This document shows, piece after piece, positions 47,178-54,411 of a stretch of DNA of 64,000 bases. Below the pieces are notes generated by a model that worked only from the letters and a program-made list of their open reading frames with translations, was not told the origin of the DNA and ran no database searches. The position numbers and the translations under genes are program-made. Source of the stretch: Longimicrobiales bacterium. GTDB taxonomy: Bacteria; Gemmatimonadota; Gemmatimonadetes; Longimicrobiales; Gaopeijiaceae. Where the stretch lies: positions 640,001-704,000 of the forward strand of contig CAXXKM010000002.1 of NCBI GenBank assembly GCA_963664435.2, written 5' to 3'. The stretch's first letter is position 1. The number at the start of each line of letters is the position of its first letter.

Positions 47178-47738
47178 TCAGCCGGAGGCGGGTGCCTTCT
47201 TCAACCTGTCGAAGAACTTCGCCCGCGCTTTCGCGACCTTGGGCGCCACCACCGCGCGACAGTATCCCTGGCCCGGATTGCGAGCGAAGTAGTTGCGGTG
47301 ATAGGCCTCGGCGGGGAAGAACCGACCGGCCGGAACCAGCTCGGTCACGATCGGCGAACGCCACACTCCCTCGTCCTCGAGCCCCGCGATCACCTCGCGT
47401 GCCACCCCTTCCTGCTTCGCTGAATGATGGAAGATGGCCGAACGGTACTGGCTGCCCACGTCGGCTCCCTGGCGGTTCAGGGTGGTGGGATCGTGAATCG
47501 TGAAAAAGACCTGGAGCAGCTCCCGGAACGAGATCTCGTCCGGCGAGAACATGATGCGGACCACTTCGGCGTGCCCGGTGGAACCGGTGCAGACCTGCTG
47601 GTAGGTCGGCTGGCGCACGTGTCCGCCGGCGTACCCCGATTCCACCCGCCGCACGCCCCGCAACTCCAGGTATACCGCCTCCAGGCACCAGAAACATCCC
47701 CCGGCCAGCGTCGCGGTCTCGAGCCCCTTCTCGCTCAT
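47178..47738 (-). CDS. msrA: Peptide-methionine (S)-S-oxide reductase
   Basis: GGCFWC, GHAEVV, HDPTTLNRQG, QYRS, AEAYH. Confidence 0.97.
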   Translation of the reverse strand: MSEKGLETATLAGGCFWCLEAVYLELRGVRRVESGYAGGHVRQPTYQQVCTGSTGHAEVVRIMFSPDEISFRELLQVFFTIHDPTTLNRQGADVGSQYRSAIFHHSAKQEGVAREVIAGLEDEGVWRSPIVTELVPAGRFFPAEAYHRNYFARNPGQGYCRAVVAPKVAKARAKFFDRLKKAPASG

Positions 47739-47923
47739 CTCGATCGGTCGCCTCCTTCAAGAGCCGTCTGCTTGCAGCTATTATTCGCCGCACTCGTTCC
47801 CCTCCCCGCGCCCGTGATCGCGGACGGATCCTTCCTGGAGAGGTTGCCGTGCTGCCGGAAGCCGTGAAGATGACCGCAGAGCGTCAGCGCTACAAGGGGA
47901 CTTGTGCGCGGGGAGGATTGTGG

Positions 47924-49249
47924 ATGGGCGGAGGACGCCTGCGCGCCCCGTGCCTGATGGCGGCGGCCATCGTCATTCCGGTGCTCTGGCTGGTTGGCTG
48001 CGCCGCCGTGCAACAGCCCCCCGCAGGCGGCGGATCGGTTGGGGCGGCCACGACCGTCGAATCGGGCCCGGCCGGCGGCCGCAACGACCCCCGCCATCTC
48101 GACAAGCCCTACGTGGTGGTGGTGTCGTTCGATGGTTTTCGGCACGACTACATCGAGAGGTTCGACACGCCCAACTTCGACCGCGTGGCGGCCGGGGGCG
48201 CTCGCGCCGATGGGCTGATCCCGGTTTTCCCTTCGCTGACCTTCCCCGCACACTACTCCATCGCAACCGGGCTCTATCCGGGAACCCATGGGCTGGTCGC
48301 CAACACCTTCCATGACCGGGAACTCGATCGCACCTATTCCCTCTCGGACCGGGAGACCGTGGAGGACGGGGAATGGTACGGAGGAGAGCCGATCTGGGTG
48401 ACCGCGGAGAAGCAGGGCATGGTGAGCGCGGCCTTCTATTTCGTCGGATCCGAAGCCGACGTACAGGACCTTCAGCCCAGTTACTGGAAGCGCTTCGACC
48501 CGATCATTCCCAACGAAGTGCGCGTCGATACGGTCCTGACCTGGCTTGCCCTTGCCGAGGAGGAGCGACCCCATCTCGTCTCCCTGTATTTCGCCGAAGC
48601 CGACTACGCCGGACACCGGTTCGGCCCCGGCGAGAGCCCGGAACTGGCACAGGCGGTCGCGCAGGTGGACCAGGCGCTCGGACGTCTCCTGGACGGTCTG
48701 GATGAACTTCCCCACGGCGACCAGGTCTTCGTCCTGCTGGTCTCCGACCACGGTATGAGCGAGGTCCTTTCCGAGGGGCACTACGCGGTCGACGAAATCG
48801 CGGACCTGTCCGGGGTTCGGCTGACGTCCGACGGAACCGTGGGCATTCTGTTCGTGGAGGGGGGCGAGGAGCGCATCGAGGAACTGCGCACACAACTCGA
48901 CGAGGGGATGCCGGAGGCGGAGGTCTACCGGCCCGGCGCAGCTCCAGAGCGACTTCGCCTCAAAGGTCATCCTCGCTTCGGGGATCTGGTGATCGTTCCG
49001 GAGGAGGGGTACACGATCGGCATCGGACCTCGCCGGGGCAGCAGCCGGGGGATGCACGGATGGGATCCCCGGGTCCGGTCCATGCACGGCATCTTCCTTG
49101 TTAAGGGGCCCGGCATCGAGGGGGGCACGCGGCTTCCCCCGATCGAAGGAGTGGACATCTATCCCTTCATGGCCCGGGTGCTCGGTCTCCAGCCTGCCGA
49201 CGGAATCGAGGGCGATCCGGAGGCGCTGGCGGGGTTGGGTCGCCGTTAG
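47924..49249 (+). CDS. Ectonucleotide pyrophosphatase/phosphodiesterase lipoprotein
   Basis: Lipobox LVGC; SFDGFR, FPSLTFPAHYSIATG, DYAGH, SDHGM, GMHGWD. Confidence 0.92.
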   Translation: MGGGRLRAPCLMAAAIVIPVLWLVGCAAVQQPPAGGGSVGAATTVESGPAGGRNDPRHLDKPYVVVVSFDGFRHDYIERFDTPNFDRVAAGGARADGLIPVFPSLTFPAHYSIATGLYPGTHGLVANTFHDRELDRTYSLSDRETVEDGEWYGGEPIWVTAEKQGMVSAAFYFVGSEADVQDLQPSYWKRFDPIIPNEVRVDTVLTWLALAEEERPHLVSLYFAEADYAGHRFGPGESPELAQAVAQVDQALGRLLDGLDELPHGDQVFVLLVSDHGMSEVLSEGHYAVDEIADLSGVRLTSDGTVGILFVEGGEERIEELRTQLDEGMPEAEVYRPGAAPERLRLKGHPRFGDLVIVPEEGYTIGIGPRRGSSRGMHGWDPRVRSMHGIFLVKGPGIEGGTRLPPIEGVDIYPFMARVLGLQPADGIEGDPEALAGLGRR

Positions 49250-49359
49250 GCGCAGCCTCCGAGCCGCTTTCGGGGGCACCTCGGAGGTGTGAGAATTCGG
49301 GCCGTGGCACCACGGGGCCGAGGGGCCGGTGGAGGTCCGTTTTTTCTGCCGACCTCCGC

Positions 49360-49389
49360 TTGACACGCTTCGCGGGATTGCTTTACCTT
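49360..49389 (+). promoter_or_regulatory. Putative sigma70 promoter of the tRNA array
   Basis: TTGACA-N18-TACCTT ending 11 nt before tRNA-fMet. Confidence 0.65.
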
Positions 49390-49400
49390 TCGCTTCTCGT

Positions 49401-49474
<74 letters not shown>

Positions 49475-49478
49475 CTTG

Positions 49479-49504
49479 AAAGCGCCGCCGAATGGCGGCG
49501 TTTT
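49479..49504 (+). terminator. Hairpin with short U-tract after tRNA-fMet
   Basis: AAAGCGCCGCC-GAAT-GGCGGCGTTTT. Confidence 0.55.
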
Positions 49505-49560
49505 CCACGTAGCAGGACGGTTTGACGCAGGCAACAACACAGGAGACCGAGGCGAAGATC

Positions 49561-49689
49561 ATGCCGGAAGCGACCGAAATCCGTCGGCCGTGGGCCTTCC
49601 AGAGGCCGGGCCGCGCGCGGGCGCTTCGCTGGTTTCCGTCCGATACGTGGTCGAGCCCTCGCGGGCGGGGAAGCGGGACTCGCCGGTAG
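49561..49689 (+). CDS. Putative Trp/Phe attenuator leader peptide (42 aa)
   Basis: MPEATEIRRPWAFQRPGRARALRWFPSDTWSSPRGRGSGTRR*; GAGG 8 nt upstream; overlaps alternative helices. Confidence 0.55.
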   Translation: MPEATEIRRPWAFQRPGRARALRWFPSDTWSSPRGRGSGTRR

Positions 49690-49713
49690 CCCCCGGCAGA
49701 CTCCCGACCCAGC

Positions 49714-49745
49714 CGCCCGCACCGAAAAGGTTCGGGCGTTTTTTT
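49714..49745 (+). terminator. Intrinsic terminator (attenuator 3:4) abutting tRNA-Phe
   Basis: CGCCCGcACC-GAAAA-GGTtCGGGCG followed by T7. Confidence 0.75.
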
Positions 49746-49818
49746 GGCCAGGTAGCTCAGTTGGTAGAGCACGCGACTGAAAATCGCGGTGTCGGCGGTT
49801 CGATTCCGCCCCTGGCCA
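49746..49818 (+). tRNA. tRNA-Phe(GAA)
   Basis: CGCGA-CTGAAAA-TCGCG; full cloverleaf. Confidence 0.97.
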
Positions 49819-49861
49819 TCTACCGGCTCACCGGCCGGAGGATGGCCGGGTGTGTGCGCGG

Positions 49862-49934
49862 GGGTCCGTAGCTCAACTGGTAGAGCACCGGTCTCCAAAA
49901 CCGGGGGTTGGGGGTTCGAGTCCCTCCGGGCCTG
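49862..49934 (+). tRNA. tRNA-Trp(CCA)
   Basis: CCGGT-CTCCAAA-ACCGG. Confidence 0.97.
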
Positions 49935-49950
49935 TACAACTGGGGGGAGA

Positions 49951-50022
49951 GCCCTCATCGTCTAACGGCTAGGACACCACTCTTTCAAGGTGGCGGTCGG
50001 GGTTCGATTCCCCGTGAGGGCG
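49951..50022 (+). tRNA. tRNA-Glu(TTC)
   Basis: CCACT-CTTTCAA-GGTGG. Confidence 0.95.
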
Positions 50023-50052
50023 TTTGGAAGGACGCGCCAAGAGCGCGAAACA

Positions 50053-50126
50053 GGGGCTGTAGCTCAGTTGGTTAGAGTGCCGGTCTGTCACACCGGAGGC
50101 CGCGGGTTCGAGTCCCGTCAGCCCCG
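50053..50126 (+). tRNA. tRNA-Asp(GTC)
   Basis: CCGGT-CTGTCAC-ACCGG. Confidence 0.97.
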
Positions 50127-50167
50127 CTTGTTTGTTTCTTGACAAATCGGGTCATCGGCGAAGGATC

Positions 50168-50240
50168 GGGGCCGTAGCTCAGTTGGGAGAGCGCCTGAAT
50201 GGCATTCAGGAGGTCAGGGGTTCGATTCCCCTCGGCTCCA
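50168..50240 (+). tRNA. tRNA-Ala(GGC)
   Basis: CTGAA-TGGCA-TTCAG arm; G3:U70. Confidence 0.97.
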
Positions 50241-50269
50241 TGGCGCAGTCTGTTCGCGAAGGCGAGCGA

Positions 50270-50354
50270 GCTCGGATGGCGGAATTGGTAGACGCGCAGG
50301 ATTCAGGATCCTGTGGGGGTTAACCCCGTGAGGGTTCGAGTCCCTCTCCGAGCA
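50270..50354 (+). tRNA. tRNA-Leu(CAG)
   Basis: CAGGA-TTCAGGA-TCCTG; long variable arm. Confidence 0.96.
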
Positions 50355-50403
50355 TGACAGGCCGCGGCGGCAAGCGGCGGCAGCGTTTCGATGGAGGACA
50401 TTT

Positions 50404-50487
50404 GCCCACGTGCTGGAATTGGTAGACAGGCTGGTTTGAGGGACCAGTGTCGGAAACGGCGTACAGGTTCGAGTCCTGTCGTGGGCA
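50404..50487 (+). tRNA. tRNA-Leu(GAG)
   Basis: CTGGT-TTGAGGG-ACCAG; long variable arm. Confidence 0.96.
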
Positions 50488-50539
50488 CTTGCCGGCCATC
50501 AACGGTCGGCCTTCCTTGCCGAAGGCGGTCGGCAAATCA

Positions 50540-50613
50540 GCGCCCGTAGCTCAATTGGACAGAGCGCTTGACTACGGATCAAGAGGTTGGGGGTTCGAGT
50601 CCTCCCGGGCGTA
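50540..50613 (+). tRNA. tRNA-Arg(ACG)
   Basis: CTTGA-CTACGGA-TCAAG. Confidence 0.97.
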
Positions 50614-50658
50614 TTCCCCTCCGGGGGAGGTGAAGGCCAGGACCTGTTTTCCGGCCGA

Positions 50659-50732
50659 GGGCGCGTAGCTCAGCTGGTTAGAGCGCTACGTTGACATCGT
50701 AGAGGTCAGAGGTTCGAGTCCTCTCGCGCCCA
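50659..50732 (+). tRNA. tRNA-Val(GAC)
   Basis: CTACG-TTGACAT-CGTAG. Confidence 0.97.
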
Positions 50733-50769
50733 TGCGCCGACGCGGCATCCGTGGAGGCGAGCAGGGGCA

Positions 50770-50842
50770 GGGGCCGTAGCTCAGTTGGGAGAGCGCAGCG
50801 TTCGCAACGCTGAGGTCAGGGGTTCGATTCCCCTCGGCTCCA
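50770..50842 (+). tRNA. tRNA-Ala(CGC)
   Basis: CAGCG-TTCGCAA-CGCTG; G3:U70. Confidence 0.97.
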
Positions 50843-50885
50843 TTCCCGGTTGGCCGGCGAGATTCGCGAGGCGGTCGGTATGGTC

Positions 50886-50958
50886 GCCACCATAGCTCAG
50901 CTGGTAGAGCACGTCACTCGTAATGACGGGGTCGTCGGTTCGAATCCGACTGGTGGCT
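50886..50958 (+). tRNA. tRNA-Thr(CGT)
   Basis: CGTCA-CTCGTAA-TGACG. Confidence 0.97.
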
Positions 50959-50964
50959 TGCCGC

Positions 50965-50992
50965 TTGCCAGCCGGCCTGGCGAGCGTAAAAT
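50965..50992 (+). promoter_or_regulatory. Putative internal promoter for tRNA-Gln/Ser
   Basis: TTGCCA-N16-TAAAAT ending 10 nt before tRNA-Gln. Confidence 0.55.
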
Positions 50993-51002
50993 TGGGATTG
51001 GA

Positions 51003-51075
51003 TGCCCCGTGGTGTAACTGGCAACACGTCTGACTCTGGATCAGAAGAGTCCTGGTTCGATCCCAGGCGGGGCAA
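51003..51075 (+). tRNA. tRNA-Gln(CTG)
   Basis: TCTGA-CTCTGGA-TCAGA. Confidence 0.96.
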
Positions 51076-51079
51076 TATC

Positions 51080-51165
51080 GGAGGGGTGGCCGAGTGGCTT
51101 AAGGCGGCGCCCTGCTAAGGCGTTGACCCGAGAGGGTCTCGTGGGTTCGAATCCCACCCCCTCCG
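51080..51165 (+). tRNA. tRNA-Ser(GCT)
   Basis: GCGCC-CTGCTAA-GGCGT; long variable arm. Confidence 0.96.
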
Positions 51166-51186
51166 CTTGCGGGCGAAGCCCGCGAT

Positions 51187-51350
51187 CAGAGGGGGCGTGA
51201 TTCGAACCCGGGGTTCGAGCCTCCGGTGCTTCGCATCCTCGGCTCACCTTCGGCCCGGCTGGCGCCGGCCTCGGTTGCGAATCCCGCGGGCAGATATCAC
51301 CGGGCACGGTCGCGGGCCGCTATCCGAGTCCAGGATTGAGGTTGCCGGTC
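51187..51350 (+). repeat. tRNA-Ser-linked repeat element, copy A
   Basis: Aligns over about 165 bp with 51605-51768; begins with antisense of the tRNA-Ser(GCT) 3' end. Confidence 0.85.
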
Positions 51351-51501
51351 GGGCATCTCGTCCTGGGTTCTGAGGCCCCGGCTTCACTTCGTTCCTTGGG
51401 CGGGTTGCTTCTGACCTCGCGTCAGATATGCTCCGCTGCGGTCAAGCCGGCCGTGCTTCTCTCACCGGTTTCCCTGCAGGTTGTAGTGGCCACAATTGTT
51501 C

Positions 51502-51585
51502 GGACGGGTGGCCGAGTGGCTTAAGGCGCACGATTGGAAATCGTGTGGGCTCACGCCCACGTGGGTTCGAATCCCACCCCGTCCG
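51502..51585 (+). tRNA. tRNA-Ser(GGA)
   Basis: CACGA-TTGGAAA-TCGTG; long variable arm. Confidence 0.96.
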
Positions 51586-51604
51586 CTGACGGCGGAGCCG
51601 CCCT

Positions 51605-51835
51605 CGGACGGGGTGGGCTTCGAACCCAGGGTTGAGCCTTCCGGTGCTTCGCATCCTCGGCTCACCTTCGGCCCGCTGGCGCGGGCCTCGGTTGCGAATC
51701 CCACCCCGGGTAGATACAACGGACACGGTAGGCGGCCGGTCTTCGAACCTAGAGTTGAGGTTGCGGGCGCTTTGCGTCCCCGGCCCGCCTTCGGCACCGC
51801 TGCGCGGCCTCTCGGCTGCGAATCCCACCCCGTCC
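51605..51835 (+). repeat. tRNA-Ser-linked repeat element, copy B (two tandem units)
   Basis: Starts with 23/24 antisense of the tRNA 3' end; units end in CGAATCCCACCCCG (to 51708) and CGAATCCCACCCCGTCC (51819-51835). Confidence 0.88.
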
Positions 51836-51964
51836 TTGGTTCGGACGAGCTGGAGGCTTGGGAGGGCGAATCCTAGGCGCTTTCCGCCGGGGGAATCACC
51901 TTGCCGGGTGGGTGGAGCACCTGCCAATTGTTTGCATCGCCGTCTACGGGCGGTACCCACATTT

Positions 51965-52038
51965 CGGGGCGTGGCTCAGTCCGGTAGAGCGCTGCGTTCG
52001 GGTCGCAGAGGTCCCCGGTTCAAATCCGGGCGCCCCGA
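51965..52038 (+). tRNA. tRNA-Pro(CGG)
   Basis: CTGCG-TTCGGGT-CGCAG. Confidence 0.97.
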
Positions 52039-52094
52039 TTTTGACAGCAGGTGGAGAGGTTTCCGTCCTCAAGCCGATCGGCCCGGTTTCGTCC

Positions 52095-52177
52095 GGAGGC
52101 GTAGTCTAATTGGTAAGGCACCGCACTCGAAATGCGGCGGGCGAAAGCCCTTGGGGGTTCGAGTCCCCCCGCCTCCG
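52095..52177 (+). tRNA. tRNA-Ser(CGA)
   Basis: CCGCA-CTCGAAA-TGCGG; variable arm GGGCGAAAGCCC. Confidence 0.94.
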
Positions 52178-52283
52178 CTTCCATTCCGGTGTCCGTCCCC
52201 GCGCCCTCCCATGACCAGTCGGGGCGACGATCATCACGGTCGCAGCTGGCACATGGGCATCTGATCGCCGGGAGGTCCAGGCC

Positions 52284-53141
52284 ATGCTCGGGCTCGATTT
52301 CATCGCCCATCCCCTGTCAGGCACGCCGTTCGGGACCGCGCTCGAGTTGTGCCTCGTCCTCGCGCTGGTGGCCTGGCTCCTGTCCCTGATCACCCGCGAA
52401 GTCTCCTGGATCGACCGCCTCTGGTCCATCTGCCCGCCGATCTATTGCCTGATCGTCGCGGCTGCGGCGGGCTTCGACTCCCCACGCGTGACGCTCATGA
52501 CGACGCTCGTGGTCGCGTGGGGCATCCGCCTGACGTACAACTTCGCCCGCAAGGGCGGGTACCGGCCGGGCGGGGAGGACTACCGGTGGGCGCACGTCCG
52601 CAAACAGTACGGTCCGGTGGGCTTCCAGCTGCTCAGCGTCACCTTCGTCCATCCCGGCCAGATGCTGCTCATCTGGCTGTTCACCTCCCCGATCCACCGC
52701 GCCTGGCAGTTCCCCGACGCGACGCTCGGCTGGCTGGACTACCTGGCGGCGGCTCTGTTCCTGACCCTGCTGGTCGGCGAAACCGTTGCCGACAGGCAGA
52801 TGTGGGACTTCCAGCAGGACAAGAAGCGACGGATTGCCAACGGCGAAGACGTCCGGCAGCCGTTCATGACCAACGGGCTCTATCGCTACTCCCGGCACCC
52901 CAACTACTTCTGCGAAATCGCCATCTGGTGGGTTTTCTACCTGTTCGCGGTTGCGGCGTCCGGTGAGTGGCTGCACTGGACGGGACTCGGGTTCATCGGC
53001 CTTACGCTGCTGTTCATTCCGTCCCTCCGCATGACTGAAGCGATCTCTGCGGAAAAGTATCCCGGCTACCGTGACTACCAGGCGGCCGTCCCGGCGTTGA
53101 TCCCGCTGCCTCGGAAGGACAGGGCAAAGGCTGCCGGCTGA
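52284..53141 (+). CDS. DUF1295 family membrane protein (steroid 5-alpha-reductase-like)
   Basis: SWIDRLWSICP, WGIRLTYNFARKGGY..GEDYRW, ETVADRQMW, GLYRYSRHPNYFCE. Confidence 0.92.
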   Translation: MLGLDFIAHPLSGTPFGTALELCLVLALVAWLLSLITREVSWIDRLWSICPPIYCLIVAAAAGFDSPRVTLMTTLVVAWGIRLTYNFARKGGYRPGGEDYRWAHVRKQYGPVGFQLLSVTFVHPGQMLLIWLFTSPIHRAWQFPDATLGWLDYLAAALFLTLLVGETVADRQMWDFQQDKKRRIANGEDVRQPFMTNGLYRYSRHPNYFCEIAIWWVFYLFAVAASGEWLHWTGLGFIGLTLLFIPSLRMTEAISAEKYPGYRDYQAAVPALIPLPRKDRAKAAG

Positions 53142-53258
53142 GCTGAAACCGGCGACGTCCCGGGATCAATCTTCCGCCCGGTGCCCCCTCCGCTCGCCCC
53201 GCCCCTGCTCCCGGCATAACTTGCCTGTTCGGGTCAATTCGTTACCGGGAGGTGCCTC

Positions 53259-54398
53259 ATGTTCGTGACCGACGACTCCAAGCTTGCCATCAGCCTCGCC
53301 ATGGCCCTCGTTCTCGCAGCAGGGGCGTGTGCTCCGGCCGACAGCGGAGGAGATGAATCAGCGGAGGCCGAAATGGCCAACGCTGCCGAAGTGACCGATC
53401 CTGCCATGGCGGGCCTGCCCAATCCCACATCCGAGGTGATCACCGGCTTCGGACCGCTTCCGGATGACAGGGAGTGGGGGTCCACCGCAGGCGTGGACAT
53501 CGGGCCCGACGGGCAGCTGTGGGCCTACGATCGCTGCGGCGGCAACGCACTCACGGACGGCTGCGGCACCTCCGATGTGGATCCCATCCTCAAGTTCGAC
53601 CGTGAAACCGGCGAGGTGCTGACCAGCTTCGGGGCCGGGCTCTTCATCCTCCCCCATGGACTGCACGTGGATCAGGACGGGAACGTCTGGGTCACCGACT
53701 CATCGGGTGACGCGGAGCAGACCAAGGGCCATCAGGTCTTCAAGTTCAGCCCCGAGGGCGAGATCCTCATGACGCTGGGGACGCGCGGTGTCGCCGGGGA
53801 TGGTCCGGATCACTTCAACCAACCCTGCGACGTCATCACCACGCCCGAAGGCTACATCTTCGTCTCCGACGGCCACAGCGGCCAGAACGAGAACGTTCCT
53901 CCCGGCGCGACCGGTCGCATCGTGAAGTTCAGCCCCGAGGGCGAGTACATGATGGAATGGGGCCAGATCGGGACCGGACCCGGGGAATTCCGGACGCCGC
54001 ACGCGTTGGAGATGGACTCCCAGGGTCGCCTCTTCGTGGCGGACCGCGGCAACCACCGCATCCAGATCTTCGACCAGGAAGGCAACCTCCTCGACACGTA
54101 CCACCAGTTCAGCCGCATCAGCGGGCTCTTCATCGACGACAACGACATGCTCTACGCGATCGACTCGGAGTCGAACCCGGGTAACCATCCGGATTGGATG
54201 ACCGGCATCCGCGTCGGTCACGCCAGCGAAGACAGGGTCACCGCGTTCATTCCCCCGCACCCGGTGGACGACCGGCCGCATGGCGCGGCTGGAGAGGGTG
54301 TGGCGGTCGACGCTGACGGCAACGTCTACGCTGCCGAGGGTCCGATTTCCCGCCCGTTCGCGGGTGGAGGGCTGACGAAGTACGTGCGGTCTCCCTGA
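53259..54398 (+). CDS. NHL-repeat lipoprotein, peptidyl-alpha-hydroxyglycine alpha-amidating lyase-like
   Basis: Lipobox AAGAC; FILPHGLHVDQDGNVWVTD, FNQPCDV, FRTPHAL, VADRGNHRIQIFD. Confidence 0.88.
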   Translation: MFVTDDSKLAISLAMALVLAAGACAPADSGGDESAEAEMANAAEVTDPAMAGLPNPTSEVITGFGPLPDDREWGSTAGVDIGPDGQLWAYDRCGGNALTDGCGTSDVDPILKFDRETGEVLTSFGAGLFILPHGLHVDQDGNVWVTDSSGDAEQTKGHQVFKFSPEGEILMTLGTRGVAGDGPDHFNQPCDVITTPEGYIFVSDGHSGQNENVPPGATGRIVKFSPEGEYMMEWGQIGTGPGEFRTPHALEMDSQGRLFVADRGNHRIQIFDQEGNLLDTYHQFSRISGLFIDDNDMLYAIDSESNPGNHPDWMTGIRVGHASEDRVTAFIPPHPVDDRPHGAAGEGVAVDADGNVYAAEGPISRPFAGGGLTKYVRSP

Positions 54399-54411
54399 GC
54401 GGGAAGCTGCT

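Noticed and set aside
50139..50167. TTGACA before tRNA-Ala(GGC) as a promoter
   Set aside because: No credible -10, and it would leave no room before the tRNA 5' end.
51187..51835. Repeat units as extra tRNA genes or a CRISPR array
   Set aside because: They contain only T-arm/acceptor fragments with no D or anticodon arm; no unique spacers and no cas genes.
49476..51960. ORF-track ORFs across the tRNA array
   Set aside because: They overlap tRNA genes and repeats and show no protein features.
52211..52264. 17-codon ORF MTSRGDDHHGRSWHMGI, ending TGGGCATCTGATC like the 7219-7401 ORF
   Set aside because: No SD and no attenuator structure seen; a 13-nt match is compatible with chance.
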